From contig JAWLEP010000002.1 in NCBI GenBank assembly GCA_041686025.1, forward strand, positions 25,699 through 40,870: DNA of 15,172 nucleotides, read 5' to 3'. This DNA is from Candidatus Fermentibacteraceae bacterium (GTDB lineage Bacteria > Fermentibacterota > Fermentibacteria > Fermentibacterales > JCC-6). Made by a program: the position numbers and the translations under genes. The notes beneath the pieces were generated by a model, which was given only the letters and a program-made list of their open reading frames with translations, was not told the DNA's origin and made no database searches. Below are positions 7,481-15,171 of the stretch, piece by piece (positions within the stretch are counted from its first letter, which is position 1; every line of letters begins with the position of its first letter).

Positions 7481-8086
7481 TCAGTGATACAGGGCCTCTA
7501 TTCCGCCCCAGGTGACGGACTCCAGGCCCAGGCCCACGGGCTCCCCGTGGGCGCGGATCAGGTAGTCGCAGGCCGTCTCGACCTCCACGATCCAGGGCTC
7601 CCATGCCTCGCCGTCGTCGGAGAGGAAGCTGTGGTCGGTGGAGTTGGGGGAGTTGTCGCCCGGGCTGGAGGGCCAGCCCCCCGATGAGAACTCCGTGTTG
7701 ACCACCAGCCAGAAGTGGGCCGCCGTCTGCAGGCTGTCCGGGAGCTCTACCGTCACTGCAGTGTAGTGCTCGGCAGTTACAGTTGTGTCGTACAGCATCT
7801 CGGTGGGCCCGTTCTGGCCACCGTTGCAGACCTCGGCCACGAACTGGTCGGCCACCCACCAGCTCGCAGGATGGTAGAACCAGAACTCAGCCGCCTCCGC
7901 GACGAATTCGCAGGACTCGGGGTAGAAATCGGCCGTATGGAACCATGTACCCCTGTATTGCCCGCCCCAGGTCATCCACCAGGCGGTTCCGTCATCGTAT
8001 GCCAGCACGTCGTCCCCTGCAGGCATTGCCTGGCCGGCAGGCTCGCCCGCCGGTGTCAGCGCCAGCATGATGAACAACAAGGTCAT
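7481..8086 (-). CDS. Hypothetical secreted acidic protein with C-terminal TWGGIEALYH motif (paralog 1)
   Basis: Hydrophobic N-terminus and RBS GAAGGGG. Collinear similarity to 6836..7456 over the whole mature region. Confidence 0.85.
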   Translation of the reverse strand: MTLLFIMLALTPAGEPAGQAMPAGDDVLAYDDGTAWWMTWGGQYRGTWFHTADFYPESCEFVAEAAEFWFYHPASWWVADQFVAEVCNGGQNGPTEMLYDTTVTAEHYTAVTVELPDSLQTAAHFWLVVNTEFSSGGWPSSPGDNSPNSTDHSFLSDDGEAWEPWIVEVETACDYLIRAHGEPVGLGLESVTWGGIEALYH

Positions 8087-8126
8087 CTCTCGCCCCTTCC
8101 CGCTCTATCGCTACACCACAACAAGG

Positions 8127-8143
8127 AGCAAGGCGCTTGCCAA
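8127..8143 (-). promoter_or_regulatory. Sigma-54 (-24/-12) promoter
   Basis: Minus strand reads TTGGCAAGCGCCTTGCT: GG-N10-GC spacing and a close match to YTGGCACGNNNNTTGCW. It lies 40 nt upstream of the ATG at 8086 and is divergent from a sigma-54 activator gene. Confidence 0.85.
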
Positions 8144-8210
8144 AGGCCTATATAGTTGCCATACAGTGAGATACATTGTATATGCATGTTTGGGTACGGA
8201 CGCCGTACCA

Positions 8211-8260
8211 GGGAAATTATCCCGTTTCCGTATATATTCCCTAGACTGGGGGTATTTCCC
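8211..8260. promoter_or_regulatory. Candidate upstream activator sequences (three related 13-mers ending in TCCC)
   Basis: GGGAAATTATCCC (8211-8223), CGTATATATTCCC (8229-8241) and GGGGGTATTTCCC (8248-8260), spaced 18-19 bp apart. They lie about 95-145 bp upstream of the inferred sigma-54 start site. Confidence 0.55.
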
Positions 8261-8289
8261 TTGCCATCCGGCGGCCGCAGGGTTATCCT
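8261..8289 (+). promoter_or_regulatory. Putative sigma-70 promoter of the activator gene (TTGCCA-N17-TATCCT)
   Basis: -35 TTGCCA at 8261-8266, a 17-nt spacer and -10 TATCCT at 8284-8289, followed by SD GGGGGAGG and ATG 8306. Confidence 0.6.
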
Positions 8290-8305
8290 ATTGGGGGAGG
8301 GAGCC

Positions 8306-11300
8306 ATGGAAACACCCGACGGCATCGTTTCGCGCACCCATCTTCCCGGGGACGTAACCCAGGTGGTCTTCCGCAGCGGCGACGGCCTGCGCCTCGGCCG
8401 CATCTACCCGGTATCTCCGCAGCCGGGGGCCATCTCCGCCCTCCTTGCCTGGCTGCGGGGACGCAGGTCTGAGGACGTGGCGTTTCCCGACGACTTCCGG
8501 CTTCTCGACGGCGGCAGGGTCTGCCTCTCACTGCCCCTGCGGTCGGAGCCGCGAAGGCCCGTGGGGCCGGTTCCGGCATCGCTGCTGGTGGACCGGCTGG
8601 AGTCCCTTCGCCGCAGCGGCCTGGGATGTCTGGTGCTGGACCGGGGCTCGCTGCTGGAGATCGACGGCCGGCTGAAGCTGGTGGCCTGGGGCGGCGGCAT
8701 CCTCGGCCTGGGGGGCGTGCAGGCCCCGGAGGTTGCCGAGGGCGGCTATGCCGGGGACTGGTCCACCGCCTGGGCCCTGGGGCATCTCATCCGGGGGGCC
8801 CCCCGCCTGCTGGAGCACGGCCTGGGGGACACCCGTCTGAGGGCCCTGCTCTCTCCCGTCCCTTCCCGGAGGGCCAGGGCCGCCGTGAAGCTGGGCCTGG
8901 CCGCCTGGCCCATGCCCGAGGGATGCGACCGGCTCACCGGCCCGGGGCTCGGCGTGGTCTGCGGGGGGCCCTGGCGCATGAGGGCCTGCGCGGTGAACGA
9001 CCTGGCCGGACTGGCGGTGTCCCGGGGCATGCGGGTGCGCGTTGTCAGGTGCTCCTCCCGGGAATCCCACCGTCCGCTTCCGGACGTGGAGCCGGGAGGG
9101 GGTCCCATACTGAACCCCGGGGACCTGCTCCGCCGCCTCTTCGGACCCGCCAGCGACATGGACCGGCTTCTGGTATTCGACGATGCCCACAGGGCGTCCC
9201 CCGACCTGGCCGCCATGCTGAGAAGGCTGGCCATGCTGCCGCCCCCCGGCCTGAGGCTGGTGATCGCCGCGCCGGAGCCGCCCGAGTTCGTTCCCCCTGC
9301 CCAGCGGACTGTGAGGCTGGAGGGGGAGGCCGGCGAGGCGGACGATCTCCCGCTGCAGCAGTGGAGGGGTGAGCTTGAAGGGTGCGGGCAGCCGGAGCCC
9401 TCCTGGTACGGCCCCAGGATCAGGTGCCCGGGAAGGGCGGCGGGGGACGCGGCGTCACCGGAGGCCGCCCGGCTCCACGCCATGGGGGCGGACAGGGTGG
9501 CCGCCTCCCTGGCCCCCTCCCTCTCCCCCGACGACGGGGACGCCCTGCCGGTGGCCGCCAGCCTCATCAGGCTGGGCCGCTGGCGGGAGGCGCTGCGGCT
9601 GCTGCCGGAGCACGCCGCCCTCCTGCGGGGCCAGGCGCTGCTGGGGCTGGGCAAGGCCTCCGAGGCGGTCCCGCTGCTGCGAAGGGCTTTCGAGGAGGAA
9701 CCCGGCGACCGGTCCCGGTGCCTCCTGGCCCGTGCCCTGGTGGCCGCCGGCTCTCCGGCGGAGGCGGAGGAGCTGCTCCGCCACGGCCGGTCGGCCGGGT
9801 CCGCCGTAGCCCTGGCCGACCTGCTGGACTCCCTGGGAAGGCCGGCCGAGGCCATCGGGCCCCTGCGGAGGGTGGCTGATGAGGGCCCCGAGGCCACCCC
9901 GGAGGTCCTCTGCGCCCAGGCCAGGATCTACATGCGCCTGGGCAGGTACGCCGAAGCCCTGGAGAGGACCGACAGGGCAGTGGCCATCGCCGGCTCCCTG
10001 GGCGAGGGCCAGGCGCTGGTGGAGGGCCTCCTCACCAGGGGCAGGACCCGGGAGGTGCTGGGGGACTGGAAGGAGGCCCTGGGGGACTACCGGATGGCCG
10101 TCTCCCTCTTCGACGCCTCCTCCTCCGCCGCCGAGAGGCCGCCGCACGTGGACCTGTACGTGCTTCTCCTCCGCACCGGCCGACCGGGAGAGGCCGACGG
10201 CATATGGGACCGGATGCTGGCCGCCATGCGGACCTCCGGAGCAGCGGCCCCCAGAATGGAGCAGATGCTGCTTGCCTACAGGGCCGTTCTGCTGGGAAGG
10301 GGCGAGGAGGGCCTCCCCTTCGCCAGGAGGGCGGCGGAGATGGCGGCGGCAGAGGGCAACCCCCTGCACCAGGCCCTGAGCGCCATGTACGCGGGGGTGC
10401 TCACCGTGCAGGCCGGCCGGACCGGGGAGGGGCTGGACACGATACGAAGGGCCAGGGCAAGGGCCGGGATGCTGGGAGACCGGCACCTGCAGCTCATGTG
10501 CGACCTGGAGCTGCTGGCCGCCGGTGACGGGGGGCCCGGCGAGGACCTGCGGCTGGCGGCCGGGGAGCTGGGACTGGTGCCGGAGGAGCTGCGGGCCGCC
10601 GTGCTGCAGCACGGCGAGACAGAGGCCCTGGAGTCGCTTCTGGAGCTCCCGGCGCCCCTGGAGGCCCTGGCGGCGGCCCGGTGCCTGACGTCCCTCCCCC
10701 CAGCCCTGGCCGCCAGGCTCCGGCAGACGCTGTCCTCGCTCTTCGAAACCCTGCCGGAGGGTGAGGCGGAGAGCCTGGCGGAGCTGTGCCGGGACCTTCC
10801 GGGCGGCCCGGGCGGCACCGAGGCGGACGGGGCTGCCGTGCTCCGGGAGCTGTCCGGATGGGCCCGCCGCCGGCTGGCGGAGGGAGCGCCCCTGCAGGAG
10901 CTGGCGGACTCCCTGGGCATAGGCTGCCTGGACACCGCCCCCTCGGAGGGCTGCAGCGTGCGACTGTGCTGGGAGCCTCCCCTGTACTCCAGCTCCCCGG
11001 TGCCCGGGCTGGAGGACGCCGCGGCGCTGGTGGCCGCTCTGGCCAGCGCCACGGTGGAGGAGCCGGGGGCGGCTCCGGGGGATGGGGACTACCCCGAGCT
11101 GGTGGGGGCCTCCAGGACCATGAAGGAGCTGCGGCGGACCCTGGACCGGGCCATCGGCAGCTCGGTGCCCGTGCTCCTGCTGGGGGAGACGGGCACCGGA
11201 AAGGAGCTGGCTGCCCGGGCCATCCACCGGGGCCGGGACACCGAGGGCCCCTTCGTCCCCCTGGACTGCGGCGCCATTCCCCCCGAGCTGCTGGAATCGG

Positions 11301-12013
11301 AGCTGTTCGGGGCCAGGAGCGGGGCCTACACCGGTCTGAGGGAGGACCGAAAGGGGCTGATCGAGGAGGCCAGGGCAGGTACCCTGTTCCTGGACGAGAT
11401 AGGCAACCTCACCGGTGCGCTGCAGGTCAAGCTTCTGCGGGCCCTGGACACCGGCAGGTTCCGCAGGCTGGGGGAGAACCGGGAGAGGGAGTCGTCCTTC
11501 GGTCTGGTGGCGGCCACCAACCGCGACCTCCGCCGGGCGGTGGCCCGGGGCGACTTCCGGGACGACCTCTACTACCGGATAGCCGTGATGGTGATAGAGC
11601 TGCCTCCCCTGCGCGAGAGGAGGGGGGACATACCGCTTCTGGCCAGGTACTTCCTGCGCCGGGAGGTGGCCGGCGAGCCCGTTGAGATAACCGCCGGGGC
11701 CCTGCGGAAGCTGGAGGAGCACGGATGGCCCGGAAACGTCAGGGAGCTGCGGAACGTCATTCAGAGGGCCCTGGCCCTGTCCGGCGACAGAGACATCCAC
11801 AGCCGGCACATCCACCTCTCCGAGCTGAGGCCTCGGGGGACGGAGGGGAGGATGGAGACCATACGCACCGCCACCGCCAGGCATGTTCGGCGCGTGGTGG
11901 AGGAGATGGGGGGAAACCGCACCCGGGCGGCGGGGGTGCTGGACTGCGACCCCAAGACGGTGCGCAAGTACCTGCGAATAGCGGAGAGGGAGCTGGATCA
12001 GCGGGAGAGGTAG
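8306..12013 (+). CDS. Large sigma-54-dependent transcriptional activator (bEBP): pseudokinase-like, degenerate P-loop, TPR, AAA+ and Fis-type HTH
   Basis: A strong SD precedes ATG 8306. The C-terminal region has GETGTGKE, PFVPLDCGAIP..LLESELFG..GAYTGL, GTLFLDEIG, LQVKLLR, AATNRDL, FRDDLYYRI, LPPLRER, WPGNVREL and HTH GGNRTRAAGVL. The middle is Ala/Leu helical TPR-like repeats. Confidence 0.92.
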   Translation: METPDGIVSRTHLPGDVTQVVFRSGDGLRLGRIYPVSPQPGAISALLAWLRGRRSEDVAFPDDFRLLDGGRVCLSLPLRSEPRRPVGPVPASLLVDRLESLRRSGLGCLVLDRGSLLEIDGRLKLVAWGGGILGLGGVQAPEVAEGGYAGDWSTAWALGHLIRGAPRLLEHGLGDTRLRALLSPVPSRRARAAVKLGLAAWPMPEGCDRLTGPGLGVVCGGPWRMRACAVNDLAGLAVSRGMRVRVVRCSSRESHRPLPDVEPGGGPILNPGDLLRRLFGPASDMDRLLVFDDAHRASPDLAAMLRRLAMLPPPGLRLVIAAPEPPEFVPPAQRTVRLEGEAGEADDLPLQQWRGELEGCGQPEPSWYGPRIRCPGRAAGDAASPEAARLHAMGADRVAASLAPSLSPDDGDALPVAASLIRLGRWREALRLLPEHAALLRGQALLGLGKASEAVPLLRRAFEEEPGDRSRCLLARALVAAGSPAEAEELLRHGRSAGSAVALADLLDSLGRPAEAIGPLRRVADEGPEATPEVLCAQARIYMRLGRYAEALERTDRAVAIAGSLGEGQALVEGLLTRGRTREVLGDWKEALGDYRMAVSLFDASSSAAERPPHVDLYVLLLRTGRPGEADGIWDRMLAAMRTSGAAAPRMEQMLLAYRAVLLGRGEEGLPFARRAAEMAAAEGNPLHQALSAMYAGVLTVQAGRTGEGLDTIRRARARAGMLGDRHLQLMCDLELLAAGDGGPGEDLRLAAGELGLVPEELRAAVLQHGETEALESLLELPAPLEALAAARCLTSLPPALAARLRQTLSSLFETLPEGEAESLAELCRDLPGGPGGTEADGAAVLRELSGWARRRLAEGAPLQELADSLGIGCLDTAPSEGCSVRLCWEPPLYSSSPVPGLEDAAALVAALASATVEEPGAAPGDGDYPELVGASRTMKELRRTLDRAIGSSVPVLLLGETGTGKELAARAIHRGRDTEGPFVPLDCGAIPPELLESELFGARSGAYTGLREDRKGLIEEARAGTLFLDEIGNLTGALQVKLLRALDTGRFRRLGENRERESSFGLVAATNRDLRRAVARGDFRDDLYYRIAVMVIELPPLRERRGDIPLLARYFLRREVAGEPVEITAGALRKLEEHGWPGNVRELRNVIQRALALSGDRDIHSRHIHLSELRPRGTEGRMETIRTATARHVRRVVEEMGGNRTRAAGVLDCDPKTVRKYLRIAERELDQRER

Positions 12014-12636
12014 TCCGAGCCCGCCACCGTGAAGCGCCGCTTCAGGTGCGCGTCGCGGCTTATGCCTATGCGGGTGGACACGGATACCTCCAGCGGCAGC
12101 TCCCGGCCGGGGACCAGCACCCGGAGGGGAGGGGTACGAAGGTCATGGCCGCTGTGCTCCAGCCCGATCCCCAGGGCCCCGCAGAGCTTGCCGGGGCCGC
12201 TGCACAGCTCCCTCTCCCCCCTGTCCCCGCGGCGCCGTCGCATGATGCCCGTCCCCTGCAGGGGCTGCAGGGCCCTCACCAGCACCGCCTCGCCGCTGCC
12301 GGCGGGCCCGGAGGTGACGTTGAAGCAGTGATGCATGCCGTAGATCAGGTACACGTAGGACAGCCCTCCCGGGCCGAACATGGGCCGGTTGCGGCCGGTG
12401 GGGCCGCTGCGGGAATGGGAGGCCGCGTCTTCCTCCGTGTAGGCCTCCGTCTCCACGATCACGCCGGAGACCGGGCCAGGCGACCCCTCCGTCACCAGGA
12501 GGCAGCCCAGAAGGCGGCGGGCCAGGGCCACCGCCCCCAGGGAGAAGAAGCCCGTGCCCGGCGGGCGCCACAGGCCGGGGGGAAGCCGGGAGAAATCGCT
12601 GACCGTGCCGTCCGGGGGGTTCGCTCTTGACACCAT
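11998..12636 (-). CDS. mpg: DNA-3-methyladenine glycosylase (MPG/AAG family)
   Basis: ARRLLG, IVETEAY...DAASHS, MFGPGG..YVYLIYGMHHCFN, AVLVRALQP, LCSGPGKLC and RIGIS. Exact start is uncertain. Confidence 0.94.
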   Translation of the reverse strand: MVSRANPPDGTVSDFSRLPPGLWRPPGTGFFSLGAVALARRLLGCLLVTEGSPGPVSGVIVETEAYTEEDAASHSRSGPTGRNRPMFGPGGLSYVYLIYGMHHCFNVTSGPAGSGEAVLVRALQPLQGTGIMRRRRGDRGERELCSGPGKLCGALGIGLEHSGHDLRTPPLRVLVPGRELPLEVSVSTRIGISRDAHLKRRFTVAGSDYLSR

Positions 12637-12681
12637 GGTGCCTACTATGCTTGAATCAACACAGGAAAAGGAGGTGCCGAC

Positions 12682-13068
12682 GTGACCAACTGCCCGTTCT
12701 GCAACCCGGCGCCGGAGGATGTCCTCTGGCAGGACGAAAACGTCTACGTCATCCGCGACCGATACCCGGTCTCGCCCTCACACTCCCTCGTGGTGCCCTT
12801 CCGGCACTTCGAGAGCATCTTCGAGGCCACCGAGGATGAGCTCAGGTCCATCGCCGTCGCGCTCTCGGCCCGCCGCCGGCAGCTGGCCGAGACCCTTACC
12901 GTAAGCGGCTTCAACATAGGGATCAACGACGGAAGGGCGGCGGGACAGACCATCCCCCACGCCCACGTCCACCTGATCCCCCGCTACGACCGGGACGTAC
13001 CGGACCCCTCAGGCGGGGTTCGCGGCGTGATCCCGGAGAAGCAGAAGTACCCCATCGGGGAGTGCTGA
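12682..13068 (+). CDS. HIT-family nucleotide hydrolase
   Basis: AAGGAGG precedes GTG 12682. Contains CPFC, D.YPVSPSHSLVVP, GFNIGINDGRAAGQTIP and the histidine triad HAHVHLIPR. Confidence 0.93.
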   Translation: MTNCPFCNPAPEDVLWQDENVYVIRDRYPVSPSHSLVVPFRHFESIFEATEDELRSIAVALSARRRQLAETLTVSGFNIGINDGRAAGQTIPHAHVHLIPRYDRDVPDPSGGVRGVIPEKQKYPIGEC

Positions 13069-13080
13069 GCCCGGGCAGGG

Positions 13081-15171
13081 TCAGTAGCTGAAGGTGTAGT
13101 GGAGCTCCAGTGACGGCTCCTGGTCGCCATGGATGGTGGGCTTGGTGCTTCCCTGCAGGTACACGTCCTCGCTGATGAAGTACTGGGCGCTCACCGTGCC
13201 CGGCCCGGAGGAGAAGACGTCGCCCTCGTAGGAGACGAACAGTTCCGGCAGTACGTACTTGCCGACGTTGAAGCGGAAGCTGGTGGTGTCCGACAGCAGC
13301 TCGGGACTGAGGCTGAAGGCGTCCAGCCCGATGTCGTCGCGGAGGCTGCGGGCCAGCAGCTTTCCGATGTAGCCCTGGGCTATGTCCTCCAGTCCCGTCC
13401 CCAGGGCCCCGGTGTCCACCTGCTGCAGCTGGCCGTAGGTCAGGCCGGTGGCCAGCAGGGACAGGATGTCCTCCTGGCTGAGCTCGCCCTCGGGGCCGGA
13501 TCCCGAAAGAACTATGTCCGGGGAGCCCGGGGGGCCTGTGATCCTGACGGTAATGGTGTACATGGACTGGTCCATGATGCTCCGGACCGAGGTCTCCGCC
13601 GTGATGTCCAGCTCCAGGGAAGGGGGCAGGCCCGCCCTTATGATTACCCGGCCCTCCGTTATCCGGAAGTCCTTCTGCAGTATGTAGACGTTTCCGCGGG
13701 ATACGTTCAGCTCCCCGTTGACGGTGGGAACACGCTCCTGGGTCATGACCATCAGGTCGGCGGTGAGCTCCAGGTCCGCCATTGAGCTGCGGAACCACAG
13801 GCCCCGGCTGCTCCTTATCCTCACCAGCAGGTCGAAGGGCAGCTCTGCCGCCGTACCTTCCCCCGAGCCCCCTTCCTTGCCGGACGGGGGCATGCCCAGG
13901 TAGCCGCCGGTTATGCGGATGTCTCCCTCCAGCAGAGGTCTCTCCTCCATGCCCTCGCCGGAGGCGCCGATCTCCCCGTCCAGGGACAGGCTGGCGTAGC
14001 TGCCCAGCACCACCCTGTAGTCCTCCAGGGTGGTCCGGAAGTAGTAGCTTCCGATCTCCGGCGTGGGAAAGTGACGGAGCACCTTGAACATGGCCTGGGC
14101 CGTGACCTTCCCCATGCCCTCGGCCCCGGAGGTGAGGGCTATGCGGGTGGAGTACTGCTGGGTGGTGGGATAGCTGTAGAGGATGTTCAGCGACACGTTG
14201 GGCAGGTGCTGGTTGATGCTGGTGATTATCATCTCCCGGGCGGTGGCCACCACCTGCATGTCGAAGTCCGGCTCCCCGGCGGCGTTCCTGGTGTACTCGG
14301 CGCTGGCGGAGATCGTGGCCCCCCTGGTGCGCACCGGTATGGGCAGGGCGTAGAACAGCCAGTCCCCTATGTCCGTCAGCTCCACCTCCGCCCAGAGCAG
14401 GTCGGAGAGCGCCGGGGAGGGTGTGCCGTCAGACCAGAACCTCCGTATGCCGCCCCGGATCCCGGAGCGTATGCCGTCCGACCAGGAGTAGATGCCGTCC
14501 ACGGTCATCACCGAGTCCCTCAGGACGATGTCCACGGTGAGGCTGTCGGCCAGGTAGGGTTCCCATGCCGGTCCCCCTATGCGGCCCCTGATGTGCCCCC
14601 GGGGACGCTGCATGGTTCCCCAGGCCGCCAGCTCCAGGTTCCCCACCCCCGAGAAGCCGCCGGAGGGGAGGAACAGGCCGGAGATGGACGCCAGGTCCAG
14701 GTGCTCCAGCCTCAGCATGGCGTCCAGTGTGTCGGACTCCCCGCCGAAGAAGCCCCTGCCGGCCACGCTTCCATGGGGAGTGGGCATCCACAGGGAGTCC
14801 AGGGCCAGGCCTCCCTCCCACCAGGATCCGGCCAGCCCCCCTCCCGAGATCAGCCGCAGCTTGCTGCGCTCCACCGACAGGCTGTCCATGGAGAAGCCCA
14901 GCGTGTCCCCCAGGCCGGCGGCCAGGTCCATCGAGACCTGGTACCCCTGGCGGGTGCTCAGCTCCAGGTCTTCCATGCTGATGCTGTCACCCTTCAGGCC
15001 AAAACTCGCCGAGAGGGAGGCCGCCGCCGCGCCGGCCCGAAGGCTGTCCACCTCCAGCATTCCCTCCGCCTCGGGGTATCCGGCCGGACCGGAGGAGAAG
15101 CTCCCCACGTACCCTATGCCCAGGGCCTCCAGGCCGGGCATCTCCAGGGATCCCACGCTCAGGCTGCCGGC
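13081..15171 (-). CDS. tamB: Translocation/assembly module TamB-like protein, C-terminal part (DUF490), truncated by the window edge
   Basis: The frame is open to the window edge. Long beta-rich AsmA-like repeats, then F.ITEG.V, LDITA, V.ITGPPGSPDIVLS..LSQEDILSLL.TG, VGKYV...LFVSY and terminal LHYTFSY. Confidence 0.8.
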   Translation of the reverse strand, partial: AGSLSVGSLEMPGLEALGIGYVGSFSSGPAGYPEAEGMLEVDSLRAGAAAASLSASFGLKGDSISMEDLELSTRQGYQVSMDLAAGLGDTLGFSMDSLSVERSKLRLISGGGLAGSWWEGGLALDSLWMPTPHGSVAGRGFFGGESDTLDAMLRLEHLDLASISGLFLPSGGFSGVGNLELAAWGTMQRPRGHIRGRIGGPAWEPYLADSLTVDIVLRDSVMTVDGIYSWSDGIRSGIRGGIRRFWSDGTPSPALSDLLWAEVELTDIGDWLFYALPIPVRTRGATISASAEYTRNAAGEPDFDMQVVATAREMIITSINQHLPNVSLNILYSYPTTQQYSTRIALTSGAEGMGKVTAQAMFKVLRHFPTPEIGSYYFRTTLEDYRVVLGSYASLSLDGEIGASGEGMEERPLLEGDIRITGGYLGMPPSGKEGGSGEGTAAELPFDLLVRIRSSRGLWFRSSMADLELTADLMVMTQERVPTVNGELNVSRGNVYILQKDFRITEGRVIIRAGLPPSLELDITAETSVRSIMDQSMYTITVRITGPPGSPDIVLSGSGPEGELSQEDILSLLATGLTYGQLQQVDTGALGTGLEDIAQGYIGKLLARSLRDDIGLDAFSLSPELLSDTTSFRFNVGKYVLPELFVSYEGDVFSSGPGTVSAQYFISEDVYLQGSTKPTIHGDQEPSLELHYTFSY

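Noticed and set aside
6836..8086. The paralog pair as a DGR template/variable repeat or a phase-variation cassette
   Set aside because: Both are intact genes with differences at all base types, and there is no reverse transcriptase or recombinase in the window.
8156..8305. 50-codon N-terminal extension of the bEBP in the ORF track
   Set aside because: It runs through the AT-rich regulatory region. The strong SD and promoter favour ATG 8306.
9455..11884. 809-aa antisense ORF, and similar long ones at 230..1681, 2191..3168, 5417..6709
   Set aside because: These are shadow ORFs opposite well-supported genes, expected in high-GC DNA, and show no recognisable motifs.
12627..12656. TTGACA and the palindrome CACCATGGTG (12631-12640) between mpg and the HIT gene
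   Set aside because: No good -10 box at 16-18 nt spacing (TATGCT is at 13 nt, TTGAAT at 18 nt). A promoter is likely nearby but cannot be placed, and the palindrome may be chance.
11998..13068. mpg plus HIT as an anti-phage or nucleotide-signalling system with the bEBP
   Set aside because: Both are ordinary housekeeping families in differing orientations, and nothing in the sequence links them to the activator.
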